A DNA stretch of 64,000 nt from an uncultured delta proteobacterium (GTDB lineage: Bacteria > Myxococcota > Myxococcia > Myxococcales > Myxococcaceae): positions 480,001 to 544,000 of the forward strand of contig CAWCKH010000003.1 of assembly GCA_963796055.1 (NCBI GenBank), in the 5' to 3' direction. Made by a program: the position numbers and the translations under genes. The notes below the pieces were generated by a model. It was not told the origin of the DNA. It saw nothing but the letters and a program-made list of their open reading frames with translations, and searched no databases. Position 1 is the stretch's first letter, and the number at the start of each line of letters is the position of its first letter. Below are positions 1 through 11,948 of this stretch, piece after piece.

Positions 1-2419
<2,419 letters not shown>

Positions 2420-2446
2420 GGCGAGGTCCCATCCCTGTGGTCTGGA

Positions 2447-2471
2447 CACCGGCGCGACTGGCGCGCCGGTG
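2447..2471 (+). other. Intercistronic 10-bp stem-loop between dctP and dctQ
   Basis: CACCGGCGCG-actgg-CGCGCCGGTG perfect stem with no U-tract. Confidence 0.5.
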
Positions 2472-2501
2472 CGTTCCCCAGCTGCTCTCGAGTGAGGCCC
2501 G

Positions 2502-3005
2502 ATGCAGAAGGTGGCGCGCGTCATCGACCGGGTGAGCATCGCGGTCGGGCGTATCGTGGTGTGGTTCACGCTCCTGGCGGTGGTGATCATCACCTTCGAG
2601 GTGGTGGCCCGCTACGTCTTCGACAAGCCCACCAACTGGGCGCACGAGTCGATGACCCTGATCTTCGCCATGCAGTACATCCTGGCCGGGGCCTATAATC
2701 ACTACCTCCACGCCCATGTCCGGGTCGACGTCCTCTACCAGAGCCTCTCGGTGCGGAACCGGGCGCGGATGGACCTGCTGACGTCCCTGCTCTTCTTCTT
2801 CTACCTGGGAATCATGACCTGGACCGCCTGGGGGTTCTTCTGGGACTCCTGGCTGATTCGCGAGGTCTCCTTCACCGACTGGGCGCCTCCCCTCTACCCG
2901 GTGAAGTTCTCGGTCTTCGTGGGGACGCTCCTCCTGCTGCTTCAGGGCGTGGCCAACTTCCTTCGTGACCTCAAGGTCGCCCTTGGACGGGTGGCCCAGG
3001 CATGA
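2502..3005 (+). CDS. dctQ: TRAP transporter small permease
   Basis: 4 TM helices, EVVARYVFDKPTNW and HVRVD motifs. Confidence 0.93.
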   Translation: MQKVARVIDRVSIAVGRIVVWFTLLAVVIITFEVVARYVFDKPTNWAHESMTLIFAMQYILAGAYNHYLHAHVRVDVLYQSLSVRNRARMDLLTSLLFFFYLGIMTWTAWGFFWDSWLIREVSFTDWAPPLYPVKFSVFVGTLLLLLQGVANFLRDLKVALGRVAQA

Positions 3006-4321
3006 GCATCGAGCTGATCACCCTGCTGATGTTCGGCTCGCTCCTGCTGATCCTGCTCCTCGGAATGCCGGTGGCCTTCGCCGCCGGCGGGATCGGGATG
3101 ATCTTCACCATCGGGCTCCTCGGCTGGAACGGAGCCGCGCTGGGGGTGGTGCGGACCTTCACCTTGATGAATCAGTACCTGCTGGCCGCCATCCCCCTGT
3201 TCATCTTCATGGCGTCGATCCTCGAACGCAGCGGGATCATGGAAGAGTTGTACGAGATCGTCTATCGCTGGCTGGGAGGGCTCCGTGGCGGCGTGGCGTC
3301 GGCCACGGTGGTCGCCTGCACCATCCTCGCCGCCATGGTCGGCGTCATCGGGGCCAGCGAGACCACGATGAGCATGATCGCCCTGCCCGAGATGTTCAAG
3401 CGGGGCTACGACCGCCGCCTGGCGATGGGGGCGGTGCTGGCCGGGGGCACGCTGGGCATTCTCATCCCGCCCAGCGTGTTGATGATCGTCTACGGGCTGG
3501 TGGCCAACGAGTCGATCGGCCAGCTCTACGCCGGCTCGTTTCTGCCCGGCCTGCTCCTGGCCGGTCTGTACATCGCCTACATCACCCTTCGCTGCTGGAT
3601 CAATCCCGCGATGGGGCCCGCCGTCCCCAAGGAGGAGCGCATCTCCTTCACCGCGAAGGTGAAGATGCTCCGGGGGATCATCATTCCGGCGATTCTCGTG
3701 GCCCTGGTACTGGGGGCGATGTTCGCCGGGATTGCCGCCCCCACCGAGGCCGCCGGCGTCGGCGCTGCCGGGTCGCTGATCATCGTGGTCGCTCAGCGGA
3801 AGTTCAGCTGGCGGAAGCTCTGGGAGTCGCTGGAGGGCACGCTCAAGGCGACGGCGATGGTGATGTGGACCATCTTCGGGGCGAACCTCTTCGTGGCCAT
3901 CTACGTGGCCGCCGGAGGGGCCCAGTTCGTCCAGGACACCCTGCTTGGCTCGGGCCTGGGACGCTGGGGCGTCCTGTTCATCATGCAGCTCATCCTGCTC
4001 TTCCTCGGATGCTTCCTGGACTGGGTGGGAATCCTGATGCTGACGGTTCCGATCTTCGTGCCGATCATCAAGACCCTGGGCTTCGATGCGGTCTGGTTCG
4101 GGGTGCTCTTCTCGGTGAACCTCCAGGTCTCCTTCCTCTCCCCGCCGTTCGGGTACGCGCTCTTCTACCTGGCGGGGACGGTGGGGCCGAAGCTCGGCAT
4201 CTCCACCCACGAGATCTGGAAAGCGGCCATTCCCTTCATCGGCCTGCAAGTGGTGGGGCTCGCACTCTGCATGATCTTCCCCGAGATCATCCTCTGGGTT
4301 CCCCATCTCCTCTACAAGTGA
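3002..4321 (+). CDS. dctM: TRAP transporter large permease
   Basis: GTLGILIPPS and SPPFG motifs; ATGA overlap with dctQ. Confidence 0.95.
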   Translation: MSIELITLLMFGSLLLILLLGMPVAFAAGGIGMIFTIGLLGWNGAALGVVRTFTLMNQYLLAAIPLFIFMASILERSGIMEELYEIVYRWLGGLRGGVASATVVACTILAAMVGVIGASETTMSMIALPEMFKRGYDRRLAMGAVLAGGTLGILIPPSVLMIVYGLVANESIGQLYAGSFLPGLLLAGLYIAYITLRCWINPAMGPAVPKEERISFTAKVKMLRGIIIPAILVALVLGAMFAGIAAPTEAAGVGAAGSLIIVVAQRKFSWRKLWESLEGTLKATAMVMWTIFGANLFVAIYVAAGGAQFVQDTLLGSGLGRWGVLFIMQLILLFLGCFLDWVGILMLTVPIFVPIIKTLGFDAVWFGVLFSVNLQVSFLSPPFGYALFYLAGTVGPKLGISTHEIWKAAIPFIGLQVVGLALCMIFPEIILWVPHLLYK

Positions 4322-4343
4322 GATGGGGTCCCTCCGGTGAGCG

Positions 4344-4817
4344 CTAGGGTTTCCAGGGCCTGATGAGGATGACGAAGACCAGGTAGTGCCCGACCAGCAG
4401 CAACGGAACCCAGAACGCCGGGATCCAGTATGCGGGCCCCATGTAGGGGTCGGCTCCGTACTTGTTCGACAGGACGATGGCGTTGAGGAAGTCGAGCGTC
4501 CCCTCGATGTTGAAGATCCAGAGGAGCGGACGGGCCGCCCGACTGTTCGTCACCACCGCGGCGAGCGCGAGCAGGGCGAGGACGGCCGCGGTCAGATCGC
4601 CGAAGGCCGCGGGCCGGGCGAACTCGACGGGAATCCCGGGGTACGTCGCTCCGGGAGTCAGGAACATCAGGCCGAGGTGCCGGAAGGAGTGCAGCAACAG
4701 GATCGGCACCAGCACGGTGCTGGAGCTGACCTGCCGCATCCTCGGCACGACGTAGATGCGAGCCGCGATGCCGAACACCAGCGTGCTGAAGAGGACGTTG
4801 ACGGTCAGGATGTTCAA
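4344..4817 (-). CDS. Hypothetical integral membrane protein
   Basis: 157 aa, about 5 TM segments, LLLHSFRHLGLMFL and YWIPAFWVP; TTG start. Confidence 0.75.
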   Translation of the reverse strand: MNILTVNVLFSTLVFGIAARIYVVPRMRQVSSSTVLVPILLLHSFRHLGLMFLTPGATYPGIPVEFARPAAFGDLTAAVLALLALAAVVTNSRAARPLLWIFNIEGTLDFLNAIVLSNKYGADPYMGPAYWIPAFWVPLLLVGHYLVFVILIRPWKP

Positions 4818-4909
4818 GGCCGCGGCAGGCTATGACCGCACGGCGCGGTGGACATCGCCCGGTTGGGGAGGTCAGGGACCTGCCCATTCGGGCAGCTTGC
4901 CGCCGACGG

Positions 4910-5290
4910 CTACCCGGGTGCAGCGAGCAGAGACGCCGCCGCCCGGCTCACGTCCTCGGCTTCCACCGGCTTGGAGAGGAACGCGCTCGCCCCCGCCCCC
5001 AGCGCCCGGGCGCGCTCGGCGGGGGTCCGGTCGGTGGTCACCACCAGGATCGGAACACGCGACCCGCGGGCCCCCGACCGGATGTGGTGGATCAGCTTCA
5101 GCCCGTCGAGCCGGGGCATGTGCACGTCGGTGACCACCAGGTCGTACTCGCCCGCGGCGAACCGCTTCAGCGCCTCGGCGCCGTCTGCCGCCTCGTCGCA
5201 GGTGCTCGAGCCGAGCGAGGCCATGGCCGACACCAGGACCTGGCGTGCGGCGCGCGAGTCGTCGACGACCAGGACGCGGAAGCCTCTCAT
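4910..5290 (-). CDS. cheY: CheY-like single-domain response regulator
   Basis: VLVVDDS, TDVHMPRLDG (phospho-Asp), FLSKP. Confidence 0.85.
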   Translation of the reverse strand: MRGFRVLVVDDSRAARQVLVSAMASLGSSTCDEAADGAEALKRFAAGEYDLVVTDVHMPRLDGLKLIHHIRSGARGSRVPILVVTTDRTPAERARALGAGASAFLSKPVEAEDVSRAAASLLAAPG

Positions 5291-5308
5291 CGGGGACGAG
5301 ACATCAGT

Positions 5309-5743
5309 TTACAGGACCGGCCCTCTCTCCGCAGGCCGATTCGCGAGCAATCCCTGCAAATCCAGCAACCGGCACTCGTCGCCCGTCACCCCGAGCACGC
5401 CCGGGACGGCACTGCCGGGGCGGATCTCCGCCGGCGTGTAGCGGCGCACACCCGCCATCCCGTCCACGCGCAGCCCCAGCCGTCGCCGTCCGATGCGGAC
5501 CAGGATGACCTTCGGCTTGGCCGTCCGCGGCGGGTTCCCGGCCGGGAGAAGCCGCCGGAGGTCGACGATCGGCACCGCCGTGCCATGCACGTGCACCACG
5601 CCCTCCACGTGGGCCGGTGCGTCGGTGACCGGGAGCGGAACGACGCGCGGGAGGATCTCGTCCACCCGCGCCACGTCGATGCCGTAGACCGCCCCGCCCA
5701 CCCAGAAGGCGCAGACGTCCACCGCCTCGGCGTCGGCGCTCAT
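5309..5743 (-). CDS. cheW: CheW-like coupling protein
   Basis: YGIDVARVDEI, APAHVEGVVHVHG..VPIVDLR, LGLRVD. Confidence 0.82.
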   Translation of the reverse strand: MSADAEAVDVCAFWVGGAVYGIDVARVDEILPRVVPLPVTDAPAHVEGVVHVHGTAVPIVDLRRLLPAGNPPRTAKPKVILVRIGRRRLGLRVDGMAGVRRYTPAEIRPGSAVPGVLGVTGDECRLLDLQGLLANRPAERGPVL

Positions 5744-6288
5744 CGGAGCAGCCACTCCGGATCCACCACCGTGCAGGTGGCCTCGGCGGTCTGGAGGATG
5801 CCCACCACCCCCCCGGTCGGCCCGCTGCGGGGACGCTCGAGCGCCGCCGGGCGAACCCGCTGCACGCCGCGCACCCGGTCCACCCAGAGCCCTGCCGGAC
5901 CGAGCGCGGTGCGGACCACCAGGATTCGTGCCGGGCGCGGCGGCCGTTCGCAGTCCGGACCGGCGCACGGCGGTGCGGAGCTCGCCAGCCCCAGCCGCAA
6001 GGACGGATCGTAGACCGGGGTGATGGTCCCGCGGAGATTCAGCACGCCGAGGAGCGGCGGCCTCGCCCGGGGAATCTCGGTGAGCGGCCGGGCACGGAGG
6101 ATCTCCGTCACCGTGCCCAGCGGCACCGCGTACTCGCTCCTGCCGAGGCCGAAGGTCAGCAGATTCAGATCTTCCGCTCCGGCCGGGCGCTCCGGCTCGA
6201 CGGCCGAGGTGGGGAGCTCGGCCAGTCCGGCGGAGCTCTCGTCGGGACGGTAGCGAAACCGCGCGAGCAAGGTGTCGACGGTGGACAT
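5740..6288 (-). CDS. cheW: CheW-like coupling protein
   Basis: LLTFGLGRSEYAVPL..VTEI, LTEIPRA..LLGVLNLRG, AGLWVD. An alternative GTG start lies at 6300. Confidence 0.85.
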   Translation of the reverse strand: MSTVDTLLARFRYRPDESSAGLAELPTSAVEPERPAGAEDLNLLTFGLGRSEYAVPLGTVTEILRARPLTEIPRARPPLLGVLNLRGTITPVYDPSLRLGLASSAPPCAGPDCERPPRPARILVVRTALGPAGLWVDRVRGVQRVRPAALERPRSGPTGGVVGILQTAEATCTVVDPEWLLR

Positions 6289-6296
6289 CGGCTGGC

Positions 6297-8285
6297 TCAC
6301 GCCTCCGCCACCAGCAGCGGCGGCCCGCGGAGCACCTCGTCGAGCAGCGCACCGACGTCGAGTACCAGAACCGTGTGGTGGTGACCGACCTCCGCGGCGC
6401 CCGAGATGCCGGGCACCTGGCCCAGCCGCGGCCCGAGCGCCTGGATCACGAGATCTCGCTGGCCGTGGAGCGCATCCACCATCAGCCCGAGTCGTCGCTC
6501 GGCCACGCCCACCACCACCACGTACACCGCGCCTTCGCTGCGCCTCGGCAACCCGAAGGTCTCGGCGAGCGAGACCACCGGGATGCTGTATCCCCGGACG
6601 GAGAGGAACCGCCGTCCATCCTCCGTCATCCCGTGCTGGCCGTCGTGCGCCAGGACGTCGAGCACGCTGCTCAGGGGCACCGCATAGACCCGCCCGCACA
6701 CACCCACCAGCAGGCCGCGCACGGTCGCCAGGGTCACCGGCAACGTCACCCGGAAGCTGGTGCCCTCCCCTGCCCGGCTCTCGACGTCGATGACCCCCGA
6801 GAGTCCGGCGATGTTGGTCTTCACTACGTCCAGGCCCACGCCGCGGCCGGACATCGGGCTCACCGCCGAGGCGGTGGAGAGGCCCGGGCTGAAGAGCACC
6901 GCCTGCAGCTCGCGGTCGTCGGCCGCCCGGGCCCGCTCCTCGTCGAGCAACCCCCTCTGGATGGCCACCTGGCGCACCCGCGCCCAGTCCACCCCGCCGC
7001 CGTCGTCGGTGAGGGCGAGCACCACCCGCGCTCCCAGCTGCTCGGCGGAGAGGAGGATGCGCCCGGCGCGCGGCTTGCCACGGCCCTCGCGCAGCCCCGC
7101 CGGCTCGATGCCGTGGTCGATGGCGTTGCGCACCAGGTGCACCAGCGGATCGCTCAGCTCCTCCACCAGGCGCTTGTCGATCTGCACCTCGGCCCCGGAG
7201 GTCTCGAGCACCACCTCCTTGCCCGCCTCGCGCGCCATCCGCCGGACCAGCCGCTGCATGCGGTCGAACAGCGGACGGAGCGGCACCATCCTTGCTTGAA
7301 GGAGCCGGTCCTGGAGGATGTCCAGCCGGCGCACCAGTCGCCGGTGCTCCCGGAGCAGCTCCACCGTCCAGGCCCGCGGCGACAGCTCCCGGGCGTCCGA
7401 CAGCCCGCGGATGGCCTCGCCGATGAGCCGCAGCTCGCCCACGTCGTCCATGAGGGCATCGAGTCGTGCGATGTCCACCCGGAGCGTCCGCGCCACGGCG
7501 CCGGACTCCCCGCCCTCGGCCTGGCCCGCGCGCGCCGCCTCGGGGGCGGGGCGGCCCTCCTTCCGCACCGGCACTGGCCGCAGCTCGACCGCCACGCCGC
7601 CGAACGCTCCGCGCAGCCCCGCCTCGCCCGCGCCCGAGCCGACGAGTAGCAGGAACGAGAGCACGTCGAGGCGATCTCCCGCCGGCCCCGGCAGCGTCGA
7701 GACCAGCTCGCCCACGCCCCGGAGCCGTGCCTTGAGCTGCTCCAGCTCGCGGTCGAACGTCTCCAGCGGGTATTCCACCCGCGCCGCCCAGACTAGGTCG
7801 CCCCGGCGGAGCGTCTCCCGCAGCCGGTGCTCCTCGAACTCGGTGAGCACCCGGCGCATCTCGGGGGCGAGCTCGAGCCGCTCCAGGGGATCCTCGCCCA
7901 TCCGCTCCGGCCCCTCCTCGATGGCCGAGAGCCGGGCGGCGAGCGACCGCGCCTCGTCGTCCGCGCTCCCCGGCTCTTCCGCCAGGCGCTGGAACAGCTC
8001 CACCGCCTCGAGCAGCAGATCCAGCCGCGCCGGGGTGAGCCGGGCCTTGCCCAGGCGGAACCGGTCGAGGAGATCCTCCGCGGCATGGGCCAGCTCCGCC
8101 AGCCGCTGCTGGCCGAAGGTCGCCGCCAGCCCCTTCAGCGAGTGCGCCTGGCGAAAGACCGAGTTCAGAACCTCGGGGTCGGGGTCGGCCGCGCACTTCT
8201 CCAGCAACAGGAGATTTCGGCCCAGCGCCTCGGCGGTCTCGACGGCCTCGGACGAGAACTCTGCCGGGGGGCGGTCCGGGCTCAC
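6297..8285 (-). CDS. cheA: CheA histidine kinase (Hpt, P2-like, dimerisation, HATPase, CheW domains)
   Basis: FRQAHSLKG, HLVRNAIDHGIE, DDGGG, SGRGVGLDVV. Confidence 0.95.
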   Translation of the reverse strand: MSPDRPPAEFSSEAVETAEALGRNLLLLEKCAADPDPEVLNSVFRQAHSLKGLAATFGQQRLAELAHAAEDLLDRFRLGKARLTPARLDLLLEAVELFQRLAEEPGSADDEARSLAARLSAIEEGPERMGEDPLERLELAPEMRRVLTEFEEHRLRETLRRGDLVWAARVEYPLETFDRELEQLKARLRGVGELVSTLPGPAGDRLDVLSFLLLVGSGAGEAGLRGAFGGVAVELRPVPVRKEGRPAPEAARAGQAEGGESGAVARTLRVDIARLDALMDDVGELRLIGEAIRGLSDARELSPRAWTVELLREHRRLVRRLDILQDRLLQARMVPLRPLFDRMQRLVRRMAREAGKEVVLETSGAEVQIDKRLVEELSDPLVHLVRNAIDHGIEPAGLREGRGKPRAGRILLSAEQLGARVVLALTDDGGGVDWARVRQVAIQRGLLDEERARAADDRELQAVLFSPGLSTASAVSPMSGRGVGLDVVKTNIAGLSGVIDVESRAGEGTSFRVTLPVTLATVRGLLVGVCGRVYAVPLSSVLDVLAHDGQHGMTEDGRRFLSVRGYSIPVVSLAETFGLPRRSEGAVYVVVVGVAERRLGLMVDALHGQRDLVIQALGPRLGQVPGISGAAEVGHHHTVLVLDVGALLDEVLRGPPLLVAEA

Positions 8286-8656
8286 GCGATCTTCAGGTAT
8301 TGCCGCACCAGCTGCGTCAGGTGGTCGGGCTGCAGCGGCTTGATGAGGAACTCGGAGGCGCCGAGCTGGATGCCGCGGTCGCGATCGTGCTGCCGGCCCT
8401 CGCCGGTGACGATGATCAGCGGCGTCTCGCGGTAGTTCGGGTTCATCTTCACGAAGTTGATGAGCTCGAGCCCGTTGATGTCCGGCATGTTGATGTCGGT
8501 GATGATCAGGTCGAAGCGGTAGCGCGGCAGGAGCTTCAGCGCGTCGAAGCCGCTACCCGCGCAGACGACCTCCGCACCCTCGATCTGAACGATGGTCGAG
8601 GCAATGAACTCCCGCGACGCGGTCGAGTCCTCGACGATGAGAACCTTGTACCCCAT
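8282..8656 (-). CDS. cheY: CheY-like response regulator
   Basis: VLIVEDS, ITDINMPDING, FLIKP. Confidence 0.9.
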   Translation of the reverse strand: MGYKVLIVEDSTASREFIASTIVQIEGAEVVCAGSGFDALKLLPRYRFDLIITDINMPDINGLELINFVKMNPNYRETPLIIVTGEGRQHDRDRGIQLGASEFLIKPLQPDHLTQLVRQYLKIA

Positions 8657-8703
8657 TCCCCGGCCGGATCTGCGAGCCTAGCAGGAAGCCGACGCCCGGG
8701 AAC

Positions 8704-9183
8704 TCACCGGGAGGACCGAACGGGTCCGTCCGCCAGCAGTGTGACCCGGGTGCCCCGGAACGCGGGGATGAACGCCTCGTCGAAGGCCGAGGTCCGCTCC
8801 GGGGCGGGCATCGCTCCGCGGCCCGGTAGCTCCAGGGCAACGCTGTCCACCCGTGCACGGTTGAGCACGTCCGCAGCCTGGGAAAGCGCGCTTCTCAAGA
8901 CGGCCTCGTGGAGCGACTCGCCCCCCGGCCCCAGGCCCAGCACCACCACCCGCGGCGGCCCGATGCGGCCGTTGGAGGGCAAGAGCAGCGACTCGCCCCG
9001 GGCGCCCTTGAAGAAGCCGTCCACCAGCAGGCGCGAGAGCTGGCCGCAGAGCCGCCAGTCCACGTATCCGGCGGCACCGGTGAGCGGCCGCTCGTCCTCC
9101 GGCACGAAGAGGCAGAGCGTGTCCGCCGGGAGCGGATCCAGCGCGTCCAGTGTCAACGGCACGGTGCTCACCGCGGCGCTCAT
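8704..9183 (-). CDS. Stand-alone M17 leucyl aminopeptidase N-terminal domain protein
   Basis: EDERPLTGAAGYVDWRLCGQLSRLL..F.G..GESLLL, VVVLGLG; no catalytic domain. Confidence 0.8.
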   Translation of the reverse strand: MSAAVSTVPLTLDALDPLPADTLCLFVPEDERPLTGAAGYVDWRLCGQLSRLLVDGFFKGARGESLLLPSNGRIGPPRVVVLGLGPGGESLHEAVLRSALSQAADVLNRARVDSVALELPGRGAMPAPERTSAFDEAFIPAFRGTRVTLLADGPVRSSR

Positions 9184-9602
9184 CGCTGCTGCTCCACGTC
9201 CAGCGCGATGCGGTCCAGGAGCCCGTTGACGAACGCCGAGGAGGCCTCGGTGCCGAACGCCTTGCCCAGCTCGACCGCCTCGTTGAGCGTCACCTTCTTC
9301 GGGATGTCCGGCCGCCACTTCAGCTCGAACACCGCCAGCCGGAGGACGTTGCGGTCCACCCGCGCCATCCGGTCCAGCCGCCAGTTGTGGCTGTGTTGCT
9401 CGATGAGCCCGTCGATCTCGTCGCGATGCTCGACGACGCCCTGGACCAGCTCCAGCGCGAACCGCTGTGCCTCGGGATCGGGCGGGCCCTCGGGCTCGGC
9501 GTTCCAGGCGGTCTCCAGCGCATCCTCCGGACGCAGCGCGCTCATCTCCATCTGGTAGAGCGCCTGGAGCGCCCGCTCCCGACCGATGCGGCGAGCCCCC
9601 AT
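9180..9602 (-). CDS. nusB: Transcription antitermination factor NusB
   Basis: RRIGRERALQALY, WRLDRMARVDRNVLR, NEAVELGKAFG..SSAFVNGLLD. Confidence 0.97.
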   Translation of the reverse strand: MGARRIGRERALQALYQMEMSALRPEDALETAWNAEPEGPPDPEAQRFALELVQGVVEHRDEIDGLIEQHSHNWRLDRMARVDRNVLRLAVFELKWRPDIPKKVTLNEAVELGKAFGTEASSAFVNGLLDRIALDVEQQR

Positions 9603-10087
9603 CAGCGCTTCTTTCCGACCTCCGCCATCCGGGCGTACAGGTTGACCATCTCCAGGCACGCCATCGCCGCGTCCGCCCCCTTGTTGCCAGCCTTCACCCC
9701 GGCCCGATCGACGGCCTGCTCCACGGTGTCGCAGGTGAGCACCCCGAAGCTGACCGCGCAGGCGGCGGTGAGGGCAATCTGCCCGATGCCCTTGCTGACC
9801 TCGCCCGCCACGTACTCGAAGTGCGGCGTGCCCCCGCGGATGACGCAGCCCAGGGCCACCACCCCGGCGTACTGCCCGCCCTCGGCCACCCGGCGCACCA
9901 GGCCCGGCAGCTCGAAGGTGCCCGGGACCCGGAACACGTCGATGTCGGCCTCCGCCACGCCGTGGCGAAGCAGCGCGTCCTGGGCGCCGTGGAGCAGGTG
10001 CTCGGTGATGAAGCCGTTGAAGCGCGACACGCAGAGCGCAAAGCGCCCCTGCGGCGGCGTGAGAAAGCCCTCGATCACCCGTGCCAT
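9602..10087 (-). CDS. ribH: 6,7-dimethyl-8-ribityllumazine synthase
   Basis: SRFN, VPGTFELP, LGCVIRGGTPHFEYV, GNKG. Confidence 0.97.
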   Translation of the reverse strand: MARVIEGFLTPPQGRFALCVSRFNGFITEHLLHGAQDALLRHGVAEADIDVFRVPGTFELPGLVRRVAEGGQYAGVVALGCVIRGGTPHFEYVAGEVSKGIGQIALTAACAVSFGVLTCDTVEQAVDRAGVKAGNKGADAAMACLEMVNLYARMAEVGKKR

Positions 10088-10088
10088 G

Positions 10089-11252
10089 TCAGCTCGCTGT
10101 CCCCTGCCGGCGGTGGATTCGCGGCCGGGTGAGGGGAATCTGCTCCACGACCTCGAGAGTGTAGCTCTCCAGGCCCACGATCTTCTTGGGATTGTTGGTC
10201 AACAGGCGCAGCCGACGCAGGCCCAGGTCCTTGAGGATCTGCGCCCCCACCCCGAACTCGCGGAGCCGGCTCCGGTCCCCCCCGGGCCCGGCCTCCTCCG
10301 CCTGCTGCCGGGTGCAGGCGAGCGAGGACGACGGGCGCACCGCCTTGTGGAGGTAGACCAGCACCCCCCGGCCCGCGTCGGCGATGGCCTTGAAGGCCTG
10401 CTCGAGCTGGCTGCCGCAGTCGCACCCGGCGCTCCCCAGAAGGTCGCCCACGGGACAGGCGCGGTGCACGCGGGTGAGCACCGGCATCGGGCCAGTGATG
10501 TCCCCCTTCACCATGGCGATGTGCACGTCGGAGTCGACGTCGCTCTGGTAGGCGTGGGCCGTCCAGGTGCCCTGGTGCGGGCGGCGGAGCTCGGCGCTCG
10601 CCACCCGCTTCACCAGCCGGTCGTTCTGGAGCCGGTAGCGGATGAGGTCGGCCACGCTGAGGAGCGTGAGCCCGTGCTTCCGTCCGAAGCGTTGCAGCTC
10701 CGCGCGCCGGGCCATGCTGCCGTCGGGGTTCATCACCTCGCAGATGACGCCGGCGGGGAACAGGCCCGCCAGCCGCGCGAGATCGACCGAGCCCTCGGTT
10801 TGCCCGGTGCGGACCAGCACCCCACCCTCGCGGGCCCGGAGCGGGAAGACGTGCCCCGGCCGCACCAGATCGCCCGGCTTGGCCCTGGGGGCGACCGCGG
10901 CCTGGATGGTGCGCGCCCGGTCGGCGGCGGAGATGCCGGTGGTGACGCCGCGGGCGGCCTCGATGGACACGGTGAACGCGGTCCCGAAGGGCGAGGTGTT
11001 GTCCTGGACCATCAAGGGCAGCGCGAGCTGGCGAATCCGGTCCTCGGTCAACGACAGGCAGATGAGGCCCCGGCCGTGGGTGGCCATGAAGTTGATGGCG
11101 GTGGGCGTCACCTTCTCCGCGGCCATCACCAGATCTCCCTCGTTCTCGCGGTCCTCGTCGTCGGTGAGGATGACCATCCGGCCCTTGCGGATGTCGGTGA
11201 TGGCCCGCGCGACCAGGGCGATGCTCCCCACCTCTTCCAGACGCCGTGCCAT
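10089..11252 (-). CDS. ribB: DHBP synthase fused to a degenerate GTP cyclohydrolase II domain (RibBA/RibBX type)
   Basis: [34 protein letters not shown]. The C-domain has RVH..C..CDC and LLTNNP but lacks QEGRGIG. Confidence 0.92.
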   Translation of the reverse strand: MARRLEEVGSIALVARAITDIRKGRMVILTDDEDRENEGDLVMAAEKVTPTAINFMATHGRGLICLSLTEDRIRQLALPLMVQDNTSPFGTAFTVSIEAARGVTTGISAADRARTIQAAVAPRAKPGDLVRPGHVFPLRAREGGVLVRTGQTEGSVDLARLAGLFPAGVICEVMNPDGSMARRAELQRFGRKHGLTLLSVADLIRYRLQNDRLVKRVASAELRRPHQGTWTAHAYQSDVDSDVHIAMVKGDITGPMPVLTRVHRACPVGDLLGSAGCDCGSQLEQAFKAIADAGRGVLVYLHKAVRPSSSLACTRQQAEEAGPGGDRSRLREFGVGAQILKDLGLRRLRLLTNNPKKIVGLESYTLEVVEQIPLTRPRIHRRQGTAS

Positions 11253-11908
11253 CAGTCCAATCCGAATCCGGCGGCGCGGAGCATGTCCAGGGTGAGGCCT
11301 TCCGAGGTCGCCGGCCGGCGGGCGTGCGCCGCGTGGAGCCGCGCCACGTACTTGCCGATGACGTCCGCCTCGACGTTGACCCGCTCCCCGATCCGACGCT
11401 CGCCGAGCGTGGTCCTGGCCTGCGTCTCGGGAATGAGCTGCACGCCGAACCGGTCGTCGCCGACGGTGTTCACCGTGAGGCTGACCCCGTCCAGGGTGAC
11501 CGATCCCTTCTCGATGAAGAGCGGGGCGAGCTCCGGGGTGAGGCCGACCTCCAGCACCAGCGATCCGCCCTCCTGGTCCCGGCTGAGGAGGGGGAGCACC
11601 CCGTCCACGTGGCCCAGGACCAGGTGGCCTCCCAGCCGATCGGAGAGGCGGAGGGCGCGCTCCAGATTCACCTGGCACCCTGAGCGCAGCTCGCCCAGGG
11701 TGGTCCGGCGGAGGGTCTCCGGGGCGGCGTCGACCCGGAAGTGGTTCCCCTCGCGCTCCACCACGGTGAGGCAGGCGCCGCTGACGGCGATCGACTCCCC
11801 GAGCGCGAACTCGCTTGCCGGAAGCGCGGTCCGGATCCAGAGAGTGGTCATGGGTCCGGGGAGGACGCGCTCCACGGTGCCCACGTCCTGCACCAGGCCA
11901 GTGAACAT
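11252..11908 (-). CDS. ribE: Riboflavin synthase alpha chain
   Basis: MFTGLV start, [28 protein letters not shown]. Confidence 0.97.
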   Translation of the reverse strand: MFTGLVQDVGTVERVLPGPMTTLWIRTALPASEFALGESIAVSGACLTVVEREGNHFRVDAAPETLRRTTLGELRSGCQVNLERALRLSDRLGGHLVLGHVDGVLPLLSRDQEGGSLVLEVGLTPELAPLFIEKGSVTLDGVSLTVNTVGDDRFGVQLIPETQARTTLGERRIGERVNVEADVIGKYVARLHAAHARRPATSEGLTLDMLRAAGFGLD

Positions 11909-11948
11909 GCTCGCCGGTCGCTTATAAGGCCCTCCGAGCCAACCCGCC

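Noticed and set aside
11909..11948. FMN riboswitch upstream of rib genes
   Set aside because: The spacer is only 40 nt, and no RFN consensus is present here or upstream of ribD.
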